DNA of 63,948 bases, filler included, from Craspedostauros australis (GCA_030167865.1; 13 parts of 13 records of this genome joined end to end with filler, not necessarily neighbours in it); one strand, 5' to 3'. Positions 1 to 13,151 are shown, numbered from the whole stretch's first letter. Notes: generated by a model from the sequence alone, not told the origin. Program-made: numbers and translations.

Positions 1-424
1 AGCATCGAGAATGAGCAGAAAGTCACCAAGGCTGAGTTTGAAGAGACTGACAGGAGAGTATCGCGACCACAAGGAGCTCATCGTGAGAGAAGGGTGCCAG
101 CGGACCTGCACATACTGTGCGTTCTTGAAGGCGAAAGCAAAGAAAGACGGAAAGGCAGGGGTGAAACCGAAAAGAGTGAGAAGGATGTGCAACATCTGTG
201 ATGTCTACATCTGCAAGCAACACTGGGCTACATACCATGGTCAGGATCAGGGCTGACGAAATTTTTTTTACTAGTAAAACCGTGTGAATAAGAAGAATGG
301 TTCCGAACTAGATTAAAAAAGAAAGCTTTCTGTCGTAGCTCCTGGTAGGGAAACCTCGTTCAAAATTTAACACGGGCCGAAAAAAAAGGATATAATGAAC
401 GCGTTGGACCCGGGTCGTTAAGGG
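1..424 (+). mobile_element. piggyBac-like DNA transposon, right end: C-terminal Cys-rich domain of the transposase (stop at 256) plus 3' terminus ending ...GGACCCGGGTCGTTAAGGG
   Basis: Peptide CTYC...CNICDVYICKQHW..YH matches the piggyBac C-terminal Cys/His zinc-finger pattern. The terminus reads CCCTTAACGACC... on the minus strand. A second copy at 13152-13575 has a different flank. Confidence 0.8.
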
Positions 425-558
425 ATAGAGTGCTGCAGAGTAGTGTAGCGTCGTGAAGTGTGGATCATGCAAGCCATGCAAAGCTTCATGCAACAGTTCA
501 TGTCACGCCCTCGTGCGCTCTCGTGTCGTTCGCTCCCCCACACCAAACGTCGCTATCT

Positions 559-1350
559 TTATGGCGACGCCTCATCTTCATCCAGATCGTTGTCCTCCGT
601 TTTCTCTGCGACCAAGATGAGGGTGGTGACAACCGCGGCGATGAACATGAGCAAGGCACTGACAACGACGAATCTCCACGCTGCTCTGGAACCGTGGGTC
701 TGCTTCTGCTGGTTGGAGAGGGAATCGGAGGTGACGTTGGTGTTGCTGACGCTGACGTTGACATCGAACGCGCTGTCGTTGATGCCATCGACTGGTTTTG
801 TGAAGAATGCGTGGGGCTCCACATGGCTGTTATATATGTCGGCATCGATGGGCGCTGGGGTTGTCTTGGTGTGCATGTATTCTGCGTTGTCGTCGCCGTT
901 GGAGTGGCTATTGCTTCTGCTGCTATTGTCGTTGCTATTGCTGTTGTGGCTTCTCTGTGTGTTGGCTTGCAACTCCACATCATTCTGCTGTGCTTCCGCA
1001 AGGACGATCGTCTGCATGGCAATGGTCGCTGCATCCCGTGGCGGCTGATGCTGATTCTGGTGCTGTGGGTGGGAGTTGGGACCCGAAGAGTTCATCATTG
1101 TCGACGGTGTGGAGGTTGTGTTTGTGGTCGCAGTTGCGTTTGTGATTGCGTTTGGGAACTGTCTCTGTCTTCTCTGTTCAGCCAGCAGGACCTTGGTGGG
1201 CGAGTGGCGAGGAGCTCGTTGATTGTTGTTGTTGTTGTCGCTATCGTTGTTGTCGCTATCGTTGTTGTTGCTATCGTTGTTGTTGCTGGGCATTGTGTCA
1301 GAGGCGGAGCCTGACACGACCCCATTCTCCATGTGTTCTTCGCGGTTCAT
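559..1350 (-). CDS. Hypothetical low-complexity (Asn/Thr-rich) protein with one C-terminal transmembrane helix
   Basis: Open frame from ATG 1350; hydrophobic stretch FVVVSALLMFIAAVVTTLILVA near the C-terminus; divergent from UPF2. Confidence 0.5.
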   Translation of the reverse strand: MNREEHMENGVVSGSASDTMPSNNNDSNNNDSDNNDSDNNNNNQRAPRHSPTKVLLAEQRRQRQFPNAITNATATTNTTSTPSTMMNSSGPNSHPQHQNQHQPPRDAATIAMQTIVLAEAQQNDVELQANTQRSHNSNSNDNSSRSNSHSNGDDNAEYMHTKTTPAPIDADIYNSHVEPHAFFTKPVDGINDSAFDVNVSVSNTNVTSDSLSNQQKQTHGSRAAWRFVVVSALLMFIAAVVTTLILVAEKTEDNDLDEDEASP

Positions 1351-2394
1351 CGTCCCTGCTTGCTTGTGTGTTCTTGTCTCCCTTGCGTTTGTTCTGATGG
1401 CTCCTCCAAGTGTCCTCTCATGAAGGTACCCCAAGTGGCGGTTGTGACCACAACACCGTCACTTCTCGGCCTCAATTCCAATTTCGCCCGCGTGCATGTG
1501 GGTTGTTGGTCTTGTTGTCTTTGCTGTGTCGGTAGGTCTTTTGCGACTATCGATGCGCAAGTGTGTTGGTCGAGTAGAACGGTTGTCCTCTCCATTCCCT
1601 CCTTGTCTTGTTGCGATCTCGCCCACCGAACCAGCCTTCTCCGTCTTGTTGCTCCTTGACCTCTCGTTCACGATCCATGGCCATCTCATGAAGATTCCTC
1701 CCATGATGTGCCTGTCGTGAACCCCTTCTGTCCCCTCGTCTTCGCAGCTTGCGACATGACACAGGACCAAACACTTTTTGTGCCTTCTTCCATTCTTCAC
1801 GTTTCAGCTTCCGGTATTTTTCATCGCTGTTGTTGGCTGTTGTGGCGTCAAGCGGTACTCCTACTCCATTTTGATTGGATCAGCATGCAAATGCAATTTA
1901 TCCGGGAATCTTGTCGGTCGGAATTGAATCGCATGTTCTTGACATTGATGTTCGGAATATATTACAAGTTATACAATATTTACCGCAACTTATATGTGAA
2001 GGACAATTGAAACGCGAATTGGTACCACACCGAATACAAACAGTATCTAAACACAGGTACTCCCGTTCAATCCAGTTCGTTCAGACACGATCGTGAACCA
2101 AAACAACAACAACAACAACCAACACAAAACCTCAAAAATGTTCGTTCGTGACAAAGAGAGCACGCAGAGATGTGAGATTTCGGTGAGATCTGCAGAGAGA
2201 CACCATCATTTGATGTGCACAAGTGGTTGGTCGTATCCCACAAGTACGCATAGCATAATACCTATTCTACTTATCCAACCAGAGATCTGGACGCATTCCA
2301 TACGACTATTCAGATGAAGACACACCAGTAGATGCGGAAGCAGAATCGAATGGAAGAGAGACATTGGTTTTAAGATTGGAAGAAGGAAACAAAG

Positions 2395-5300
2395 ATGTCT
2401 GAAGGGAAGGCAGCCGCGCCATCCGCGGGTGGTGGGAAGGCCTCGAACCGTATCAGTGGTGGCAATGGTGGTGGCAAAGGCGGAAGGGGTGGTGGCAATA
2501 GCAGCACCAGCAGTAACAGCAACAACAGTAACAGCAACAAGGGGGGAAACCGTGGAAAGGGAGGGAGTCGAGGAGGTGGGAACAACAAGCGAAAGGGAAA
2601 CAACGATGCTAACGCAGCCACAAGCACAAATACGAATACGAATACAGGCGGCAGTGCGAGCGGTGGATCAGATGGGAAGAATGCTCCAGCAAAGACTCCG
2701 GCAAAGATGCCAGGTAAGGCTGCTCCAAAGTCAAACATCAACACTAATTCCAACCCCAATGCTAACGCCAGCAGCAATAACAACAGCAACAGCAAGGCAG
2801 ACGCCAATGCGGGAAATGGCAGAAACAGACGTCGCAACAACAACCGAGGCAACAAGAACAAGAACAGCAGCAAGCAATCTGGAGCAGCCTCCACCACCAA
2901 CAATGCCAACAACAACGTCAACAACAACGTCAACAGCAATGCCAATAGCAATACTAACAACAGCAAGAAGGGCAAACAGGGCATCAGCAACAATAAGAAC
3001 AAGAACAAGAGTAACAGCAACAACCAAGAGAAGCTGCGCCTCGAACGGGAACGCAAAGAAGCGGAAGCTGCGGCGGCAGCAGCAGAAGCACTGCGCCTGC
3101 AGCAGGAGATCGAGCAGCATCAGTTGCAGCGTCAGCAAGATGCCAAGCACCTGGAGGCAACGGCGACTGAAGCCATCAAGAGCATTCGAAACGTCATGGC
3201 CACCATCCAGGCGCACGTCACGAGCCGCCAGCAGATGCAGAATCAGCAAGAGTCGCGCAAGGCATTCGAGGTAGAGAAGAAGAAGCTCAAATCCGACCTC
3301 AAGAAGTGCACGGCCTTCGTCAAGAAGATCAAGAGCGGAACGTCATGGTCCACCATGAGGCCGGAGGACATCGCCAAGGACGTTGCCACCCTCAATCTTT
3401 CGCGCTACGTCGAGGAGGTTGTCGCGGCCCTGCTCGAAGCCAAGTGGAAGGTCGCCGACATGCCTGTCGTCATGGCCCTCTGCACATCCATGCATCTCCG
3501 TTACGCCGACTTCCTGCCCAACCTTCTCCCCAACGTCTGGTCCGTCATCCATGGCAAGTCCGCGCCAGGTTCCAGCGGCGTCGGCGGGACCGCATCCGGG
3601 GTCGGCAGCAGCGGTGGCGCCGCCACATCTGCAGCCGATATGGCCAAGGCAAGGCGCGTCTACGTTCGTTTGGTCACGGAATTCCTGCTCCACGGTCTCA
3701 TCTCGGAGCCCAAGCAACTCATGAAGCTCATCATCGAGACCACCGGCGCCAAGGACAAGAATTACGCTGTCACGGATGCCGCTCTTGTCGTGGCATTCGC
3801 CAAGAGCGCGGGCTTTGAGGTATTTGGAACGAGGCCACGTTCCATCCAGCACAATTTGACCATCCTCAACAGGGAGCTTGCCAGATATCAGCAATATTCC
3901 GCCACGGCCGCTGGTGCGAGTCCAAGTACCACCGACGGCACCGCCGATGATGTTGCGGAGGCTGCGCGTGCCGTCGATAATGATGCTGATGCTGTGGCAC
4001 AAAGTGCCGGCGTTGAGACGACGACGGCCAGCAGCGCAACAGAAGAGGAAGTGGAGTCGCCACAGCGAAGGTTGCAACGCCTCAAGGAGGCCGGCCCTGT
4101 CGTGATCTCCGACAAACTGGCGCAAGAAGCCAACGATTGCAAGGAGCAGATGGAATCGTTGCTGCAACAACGCGCCGTGCCACCCGACTACTCCAACGCC
4201 TTCTTCGAGCACTGCAAGGGCGCTCACAAGACCTTCTGTAGCTCCCTCATCGCAATGCACGACAGATTGCAAAAGCTGGAACGACGCTGCGAGCAGGATC
4301 GATTGCTCTCCGGGACGCTGCCAGAAGCACGCGAGAAGGGACTCGCCGACGCTCGCAAGCTCATGGAATCTCTGCACAAGACCGTCGAGGCCATGTCCGA
4401 TGTCCTCGACATGCCCGTCCCCATGCTGCAGCAGGACGACAAGAATGTGCTGGAGGGTTCCGGCAAGGGCATCGAGCTGTGGACCAAAGACGAGGACGGC
4501 GGAGATGGCGATTTTGGGCCATTCGATGACGAAGAAACGCGTGCTTTCTACTCCGACATTCCAGATTTCTTGACAACGGTCCCACCTGCGCTTTTGGGGT
4601 TGACGCCAGAGGACATCGAGAAGCGCAAGGAGGAGAATGCGGTGCGATACGGATCCACCACCAACGAGATGCAGGAAGACCCCGGTGACAATGTGGAAGA
4701 AGTTGAAGGCGCATCAAAGGAGCAATTGGATGCTGCGGAACAGGAGGAGAGCGACAAGACCAACAATCCAAACATGAAAACCTTGGCGTCCGAAGGTACG
4801 TCCAGTACAATGCGGTGCAGGCGTATGCACATGCAAATGCAAATGCGTGTGAAAGGATATGCATCGCCGTATTGCGGGTTTCATTTGTGATGAGTTTGCT
4901 CTTCTCATCGTGGTTCACACGCACTATTCCCAGATGACTGATGACTGGCTCTAACAGAAACGCTCGTCCCTTCGGGTACGTTCTTTGTGTTCCAACGCTC
5001 TACACACTCTGCTTAACTTCGTTGTTTTCCCCTTTCTGATCTCACTGACGGCATGGGCACACACACATCCACACACCAGCTGAGGAGGGAGAGAAGGACA
5101 CGCCGCACTACAAGCTCATGGTGCTGCTGGAACAGGAGATGCCAGAATGCAACCGGCGGGACAAGGTCGATGAAATTGCTGAGAGGTTCTCCACGAATCA
5201 TGGATCTGCCAAGGGAGCGCGCAAGCGCATGTCACAAAAGCTGTTTCTCGTCCCACGGACGCGTCTCGATCTGCTGCCTTACTACTCCCGACTGGCAACG

Positions 5301-7862
5301 ACGCTCGGGAAGGTCTGGCCGGAGGTATCATCCAATCTGATCGCCGATCTGGAACAGCAATTCCATGGTCAGGCCAAGTTCAAGAAGAATTTGAACCTGG
5401 AATCACGAATGAGAACCGCACGGTACATCGGCGAACTCACCAAATTCAACGCAGCACCGCCGATCGTTTCATTCCGCTGTTTGCGCCGGTGTTTGCAGGA
5501 CTTCACGGGCGCCAATGTCGACATCGCTTGCTGCCTGCTGGATGCGTGCGGGCGGTACCTCTACAGGCTCCCGCACACGAGGCCCAACCTGACGATTATC
5601 ATGGAGACCATGTCCAGATTGAGCAAGGTCAGGGGTCTGGATGATCGGTCGCAGGCCATGATAAAGTCGACATTCTACATGGTCAAGCCACCAGCAATGG
5701 GGTCGCGCAAGAAGGTCAAGGTGTATCCACCGCTGGAGGGATACCTCCGCCATCTGTTACTTCACAATCTCCAACCAACCGAAGACAGTATCTCCCACAC
5801 GAGCAAGCAGCTGCTCAAATTCCCATGGTCTGATCCCTCCCAGGAATGCGGTGCTCTGATTTGCCGCATCATGCTCAAGGCATGCAGACGCGGTCGCTTC
5901 GAAGTCGTGCAGGCGGTGGCTGCGGTCGCTGCGAAGATGCGAAGGCAAAAGCCAGAGGTTTGCATCCGGTTGGTGGATGCCGTGCTCGAAGAGCTGCAAT
6001 GGTCCATGGAATACCCGTCCTTCAAGGATCAGCAACGCACCTTGACCTACGTTCGGTTGCTCGGCGAGTTGCATTGCGCATCGCTGGCATCCGGTCAGGT
6101 GATTTTGCGGCAGCTGTACAACTTCATCAATTTGGGCCATGAAATCCCGGAAGCCTTACGGCAGGCAAGCGAGAAGCATCAAAAGGCACTAAATGCTGCT
6201 GCTGCTGCTGGTGGTGGTGGTGGAGATGGCGGCGATGGATCATCGGAATCGATGCAAGCACCGTTCAAACCACCGGCGGGGATCACGAAGACCATTCAAG
6301 AAGGTGAAGAAATGGAAGTCGATGGTGCACCTGCCGATGGTCCACCTGCCGACGGTGCGGAAGAGAGCAAGGAGGAAGCACCCATCGTCCCGCGTACTGT
6401 TGCTGTGTCCATATACTCCATCCACGATCCTCGCGTGCCATCGATCGTCGATCCGCCAAGCTCGATCTTCCGAATCAAGCTGGTTTGCACGCTGCTGGAG
6501 GTCATAGCAAAGACCATCACGACGCGTGGCATCCTGATGAAGTTCGAAGGATTCCTGACCGCCTTTCAACGGTACCTGTTCACAAAATCCATCCTGCCCG
6601 CGGAGGTTGAATTCTCCATCCTTGACACCTTCGATCTCATCGACTCGCAATGGCGCAAGGTAGTGAAGGAATCCACCGAGACCGTGAAGAAGAACATGTT
6701 CGCTGACAAGATGCAAGGATTCCCGAGATACCAGGGATGGCTGGAAGCCCACAATGCGACGGTCGCAATCGAGGAAATCGATGCGTTGCTCGAACAGAAG
6801 AGCCGCCGCAAGCTGGAAGCCGTGGCGGGAGAGTCCAAGGTCAATGTTGATGACATGACGGAGGGCGACCTCCTGATGTTGGGTGATGATGATGAGGACG
6901 ACGATGATGATGACGATGATGATGACAATGAGATGCTGGAGATGGATGATGATTCTACTGTCGATGATCCCAAGTCAGTGGCCTACGACAATGAAGTGGA
7001 TGATGACATGGACTCTGTCGAGCAGGCAGGCGATGACGATGACGACGACGACTCGAATTCGGACAGCAGCGACGATGACGATTCTTATGATGAGGACGAC
7101 GACGACGATGAGGAAGATGACGATGATGACGACGATGAGGAGGAGGATAGCGACGAAGACGACCAACTCGATGAAGAAGAGTACGATGAGGAAGCGCACA
7201 TGCGACAACTGGAGGAGGAGGCGTTCGAACGGGAACTTCGCCGCCTCACCATGGATGCGCTGGAGAAGGGAAAGGCCGTTGCCAAGACAGGAAAGGTCTC
7301 CGACACGATGGTCTCGGGCTCGCAATTCATCAAGAAGAAATCCGACAAGGAAAGCACTCCGCCATCCACCAGCGGCGCGCATGCGCTGAGTGGCAAGCAA
7401 GGCATCAGCTTCCAGCTGCTGAAGAAGGGCAACAAGGGCAAAATGGAGGCCAAGCGATTCGTGGTCCCAACCGACACCAACTTGGCGATGGTGGCCACGA
7501 GGCAGGATGACGAGGCCGCGCGGGAACGGGACATGATCAAGCTTCGCGTGCTGCAGTACGAAGCCGAGGCGGCAGAGTCTGGTGGCAATTTATATCTCGA
7601 GCAGGAGAAGCTGCACGTGAACCGAAATCGGCCGCTATCCATCGAAGACATCGACAAGAACTTCGGGACGACCAACGGCAGCCTCCGCCCCGACGAGAAA
7701 AAGGTCCCCAAACTTGGTGGCAATCATGGTCGTGGCAATCTGGGCGGACGCGGTGCCACTGCTGGGCGCGGTACCCCAGGCGGGCGCAGTTTTGCTGGTC
7801 GATTCGGTGGCCGCATGGGACGTGGCCAAGGTCGGGGATCTGGCGGTCGGTCGTTGGTGTAA
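2395..7862 (+). CDS. UPF2: Regulator of nonsense transcripts UPF2; exons 2395-4795 and 5080-7862, about 1727 aa
   Basis: Motifs LKSDLKKCTAFVKKIK, LNLSRYVEE, FDDEETRAFY, RLDLLPYYSRL, RYIGELTKF; acidic tract and C-terminal Upf2 domain. Intron GAAG|GTACGT...CTGAC...CCAG|CT (4796-5079, phase 1) joins the two ORFs in frame. Confidence 0.93.
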
Positions 7863-8205
7863 CACCAAGCGAATATTCCCGTTTGAAGACAATGGTAATG
7901 ATGTACTCGGATGTATTATGTTATACAACTGTGCGCGTGCTCAACGAGTTCTCGACTTGCGCACGATACTAGTACTCCAACGAGTGTTCCAACATACATA
8001 CGCTTGTGTGTCTGTGTGTGCGTTTCGGTTATGTTCCCCCCAGCGAGCACTGCGACTGCCAGTACGTGGGTACGAGCCATGGTACACTTTCAAATCTCCC
8101 CATTCCAAATAGCCATGCTTCATTCCCCACCCTGCCAACTCATAGTTGGCTATCCGGTTGCCTTGACTCTCCCACTTCAATGCCGCAACTCCACTCTGCT
8201 CTGTT

Positions 8206-10791
8206 CTACGTGTCCTTGACCTTGGACGCATTCTCCGTGACCATGTGACCAACAAGCTTCTCCAGGAGCGACCCCATCTTGTCCAGCTTGGCCTCTAGCT
8301 GATCCAAGCGTCGCTCGATGGATTCCTGCCTGGAGGTGACCATGAGGGGATTCATGGACGCGACGCTGGACATTCTGGCAAGTGCCAAGTATTCTTGCAT
8401 GGAGATGCTTCCCGATCCATCTTTGTCAGCCAACCTGAATCGTTCCAGCAGGCGCCTCATCTCCTCTGCGATGTGCTTTTGGTCTTGAACCGAGGCATCG
8501 TTGCTGTAGTTGCTGCGCGGTATGTGGATGTGGCTATCGCTATCGCTGCTGTCATCGCTCTCTTCTCCTGCGATGATCTTTTGATACTCTTCATCCGTCG
8601 AGTAATCATCATCGGAGATGTACTCCCCACGACTCTGACGCTTGGATAGCTGCCGCGCCCGTTTGGCACAGCGCGCAGCTTCCGCTTCGAATCCCCAGGT
8701 GAGCATAGAGGCAGGAACGGCGAACATTCCTATGGAGAAGACGCTGGTGACGAGGAGAACGAATTTGGTGTACCATGGCAGATCCACCTCTGGCCCGCCT
8801 TGTCCTGTCAACATGAGCGTTGCCAGGTACATGGTGGAAAGGATGGACTGGAACTCTGTCACGGCCGTCGTCGGCGTGGTTGGCGGCGGCGTTGTTGTTG
8901 TATTGATTTGTGGTGTGTTGTATGTGGTTGTGGTTGTCAGTGTGATAATCCGGCAGGTACGGATCGGCAGGGCGACAAGACAGAGACAACGTGAGATGGA
9001 ACTCAGGCGAAAGCACTGCAGAAAAGTGCGAGGATAGCATGTGATAGAGTAGAGTAGAGCAGAGTACCAGTAAACTCGTAGTACGAGTATTCTGCCACCA
9101 TACCAGTACTCGTACGATGCCCTCCACCACCATCACATTCCAACCATGCACGCACGCAAGTATCAATATTCTCGTGTCAGAGCACTGGTACTCATACCGA
9201 GTATAATACTTGACACAAGCACAGCGGAGAAGGACATACCTTCGAGTTCTGCGTATGGCTGCCGCGGTCGAAAGACATAGAGAAGAAAGGAGGTGAAGAG
9301 GACCAGGAAGAAGCAGACGAAGACCGCGACGTAGAGGATCTGGCGGTTGTAGTACATGACACGCCACACAGCATCGATGGCCTGCATCATGCCGTTGGTC
9401 TTGAGGATACGGACGAGCCTGAAGATTCGTAGGTAGGTGAGGCGCGGCATCTCCATGCCCGTGAGTTCCTCCAGGAAGAAGGAGAAGGTGGCGCAGGCAT
9501 CCAGGATGGCCGATGGAGAGAAGATGTAACGCAGCCTGCCCACGATGGGGTGGGCGTGATTCTTATGCTCCGTGATGGTGTAGAGCCGGGCCATGTACTC
9601 CCAAAAGAAGATGGTCGATATGATGGACTCCGTGGCGCGAAAGTAGGGTATGTCATTCTCCTGTATGGACGGCTCTGTGAGGGCGATGAAGGCGACGAAG
9701 TCCAGGACGATGATGGTGGTGATGATGCGTCGGAACCACATGGCTGGCCAGGTCTTCGATTTGGGACTGAGCATGGCGTAGAGCAACGATTTGCGAGTCG
9801 CCGGGGCGCCCACGCCATGATCTTGGTCAGTTGCGGACTCAGAGTCACTTCCCCTCGTCGCTTTGGTTGCTTGTATTGGTGTGGATCTTGATGCGGATCT
9901 TGGTGATGTGGATGGTGGGACCGTCGTTGGCGCCGCGGCTGATCTTGGTGCTGATCTCTTGACTCGCGTTTTCATGACAATGTTCCTGGAGGATGAGGAG
10001 AAGATCTGGTTGAGAACCGGCTGGCTTTTGTTCTTTGCCTTTGATCTTCTTTTGATCATATGGCTTCTTCCGCCCACGTTGCCAGTACCAGTATGCATGC
10101 GACGGCCCTTTCCGCTGCTCCTGCTGTCGCCATGGCTGCCATCTCTGCTGCCACCCCAGGCACTGCTATTCCTTCTGTCATTCCTATAGCCGTCGTGACT
10201 GCCGTTGGTGTGACTGCCGTTGGTGTGACTGCCGTTGAGAGTGGCGTGGAGACGGTCCGAGGTGGGAACATCCAATGGCCATTGCTTGGACAGAGGTGAC
10301 ATGCGTGGTGGCGATCCTGGCGCCGATCGCGGAGATGATAACGGCGAATCGAAGCGGTCTGGACTGAGCTCGACGCTGAGCTGCAGAGATGCTGGATCCG
10401 CAATCCCTGTGGCCAGACTCCTTCGCAGACCTCCATTCGGCGCCAATCTAGTCCTCTGGCTGTTTGCGTAGCGCTGGGATTGCCAGGAATGCCTCGGATG
10501 CTTCGATTGGCTGGAGTGTTTGGCGGTGTTTCGCTTGTGCTCGTGAGTGCTGCTGTTGCTCCTAGTGTTGCTGGTGATACTGCCCGTATGGCGCCGTGTG
10601 TTGTCATTGTCATTGTCATTGGTGTTTACACTTGCACTTGCGCTTGCATGGGCACCATAATGACCGCGCTTTCCATGACGAGCTGGCATTGATTGCGATG
10701 AACGAGCATCTGCGTCTGCATCGCTTCTCTTGAAGAGAACGACATCGTCGCCGCCACCGCCCAAGCCGTTGCTGCTTGCCATGTTCGCCAT
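8206..10791 (-). CDS. Voltage-gated-type (Ion_trans, K-channel-like) 6-TM channel with a C-terminal EF-hand and coiled coil; exons about 10791-9240 and 8855-8206
   Basis: S2 FFWEYMARLY; S4 RLTYLRIFRLVRILK; pore helix FQSILSTMYLATLMLTGQG; S6 FAVPASML; EF-hand DKDGSGSISMQEY. Intron GTATGT...CAG (9239-8856) restores the frame. Confidence 0.85.
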
Positions 10792-11431
10792 CCTTCCTGA
10801 CAATACTCGTCACGTTGCTTGTGGCGTACGACTGGTCTAACAATCTCACTCTGCGTACGGGCACTCTGCGTGCGTGCAGAGGAGGAGGAATGTGAGTGTG
10901 GTGCGGTTACTTGCACAATCAGGACCAAACACCAATAGCAAAGTTGCTGCCTTGATGTCGCAATCATGGAAGTGGCCATGGCGCCAAATTGGCAACGCCA
11001 TAACCAGGTGATGGCTTCCCGCGCCCTTCCATGTTGCGTTGCCTTCTGTTTTTGTTGTGCATCGCCGCGTTCGCCATGGGAGGGTACTGGAGGTGTTTGC
11101 GTGGCTCATAATTTCATAACTGGCGAGGCTGGCGCGCCCCTATCCCGAGTCACGGTCCTAGTCCCGTTAACCATATCGACTCAATGGATCGATATGAGTC
11201 GTGCATACCGTCCACGTTTCGATCTGGATCTTGCTCTTTTTGCGCAATCGTGCTCTTTACGGTTGTACAGCCTCCAATTCTTGATATGCTTGCCTAACTG
11301 CTTCGGATGTTCCTTCATATGCTTCCGACTTGCTGGTGTGCCCCATGCGCCAGGGTGGCTTTTGATTGTCTATGCATTGCATCTTCCATGCATTATTGGT
11401 CTTCGTCCTGAATATGCATAGTGCGGATGCG

Positions 11432-11764
11432 TTGGAGATACTTCAAGACAATTGCAGCCACATCAATATGCGTGTATCTGCGACGTGCCAGATTGCATTG
11501 ACACAGGGTCACAGATCATTGATTGACAGGAAGAGCCTTGATGGATGGCTTCAAGATGGCAGCGAGTTGGATGAAGGACTCTCTGGCGATGCCAACGAAG
11601 TTGTAGAACTCCATAGCATCACCATGTTTGAGAATGCTTGCCAGAAGGTACTAGTGTCACAAGAGAAATTCCAACCTCTAGTAGTGGCCTCTGTGCAAAG
11701 CAGTAGGCAAGCCGCTGTGGAGGTAGTCAGCGACAGCAAACATGAGAAGATGCTGCTGTGCCAT
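11432..11764 (-). pseudogene. Degenerate transposase N-terminus relic, possibly PIF/Harbinger-like
   Basis: Frame with several stops reads EFYNFVGIARESFIQLAAILKP...DVAAIVLKYL, resembling the Harbinger/ISL2EU HTH region (by eye only). Confidence 0.3.
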
Positions 11765-12901
11765 AATTAACTCATTTTTATATCACAATGGTTATAACTG
11801 TTAAGTCATGCGCCGACGGTGCTTTGATTCCACCTCGTTTATTCAACGTGATAGCACGCTGCGGGAACGGAGTGGAGCCGAGTGATGGCTAGTGTGTGCA
11901 AGGTGATATTGTGAGACTGTTGGCTGCCGTTGCAGACAGGTGGTTCGATCACGAGCTGGGGTCAGCGTCCTTTCGCCAATGCAACTGGAGCATCCAATTG
12001 ACGAGCACTTTCGGAGCTTGGGGGGCGGCGTCTCCGAGGCCTGATCTCATAGCTTGGGTCCAGTCAGACAGTGCCACCGTTTGATGTGAAGGGGGAGGCC
12101 GCTCCCAAAGGGTTCGGAGCACTGCTGGGATGTCCGCAGGCGGTAGTGCTTGGAGCTGCAGGGCCTGTTCCTGGAGGAGCACAATCATGTCATCAGCCAT
12201 CTGCTCCGCCTTTGCTGATTTGCGATCTTGCCATTGCTCCAGGGCTGTGTGCCAGAGTAGATTAGTAACACTGGCCTGCCAGTCACATAGAAGGCAGAGT
12301 GCTCATCGGTGCGCTTGCTGGCCCATGGGAGGCGCATGCTCACGCCAAAGGGAGGCCCATCTGCCCCATACTATGGCCGTCCATCCTACTGCTGCGTGCT
12401 GTAGCTGAATATGTTTGGTGGGCGAATCACGGATGTTGGAAGGGGGATGCCACCTGTGGAAACGCGGACGAGCGCTGTGCACAGAAGCTGGGCAACTGGA
12501 GAAGGAGTGGTGGGCGGTCGCACGTGTCATGAGTTGCTCAGCGATAGTGATGAGGATGGTAGAGGTGGCTACCTTGTGGCGGCATTGGAGGAAAGAGGAA
12601 CAATCCATTATGATAAAGCAGATGCCAATACTATAAAAGGAAACGCTAATCATACTAAAATTCTTGGAACAAGCTATATGACAGAAGGGCACAGCGTGCA
12701 TCAAAGGAGATGGACAAATGACACATGTCGATGGTAGAAACAAGGGAGGAAGTAGAGGGTAGCACGACGATACATGCACAACAGAGGTTGTGAAAACTGA
12801 TGCCAACGCATGTGAGGGAGGAAATCACAAAAAACTCCCAAATTGCCGTTGGAGCAGCGATTTGAGAGGAAGGCACGAGACGAGACCCGGATGAAAAGTG
12901 A

Positions 12902-12947
12902 GAGTTGAGTTATGAACGCTCTTTTTGGGGCGTTCATAACTCAACTC
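12902..12947. repeat. Perfect 18-bp inverted repeat with a 10-nt loop
   Basis: GAGTTGAGTTATGAACGC-tctttttggg-GCGTTCATAACTCAACTC. Confidence 0.9.
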
Positions 12948-13051
12948 CAGGATTTCATAATTTTTTTGATTGACGTTATACGCTCGTTTCGGTCCTGGTC
13001 ACCCCCTGTTCGGAAGGTATCTTGTGTTCATAATGGAGTGATCTGATTGGC

Positions 13052-13151
13052 NNNNNNNNNNNNNNNNNNNNNNNNNNNNNNNNNNNNNNNNNNNNTTAAT
13101 TAATTAANNNNNNNNNNNNNNNNNNNNNNNNNNNNNNNNNNNNNNNNNNNN
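13052..13151. other. Artificial contig linker (N-TTAATTAATTAA-N). Also at 19872-19971, 21519-21618, 24272-24371, 25514-25613, 28667-28766, 31380-31479, 32613-32712, 36799-36898, 38989-39088, 60430-60529 and 61922-62021
   Basis: Identical 100-nt blocks with stops in all six frames. Confidence 0.98.

Noticed and set aside
460..1314. Overlapping + strand ORFs (196 and 284 aa)
   Set aside because: Low-complexity antisense shadows of the minus-strand Asn-rich ORF.
13096..13107. Recurrent TTAATTAATTAA motif as a biological repeat or piggyBac target
   Set aside because: Always centred in identical N blocks; it is a concatenation linker.
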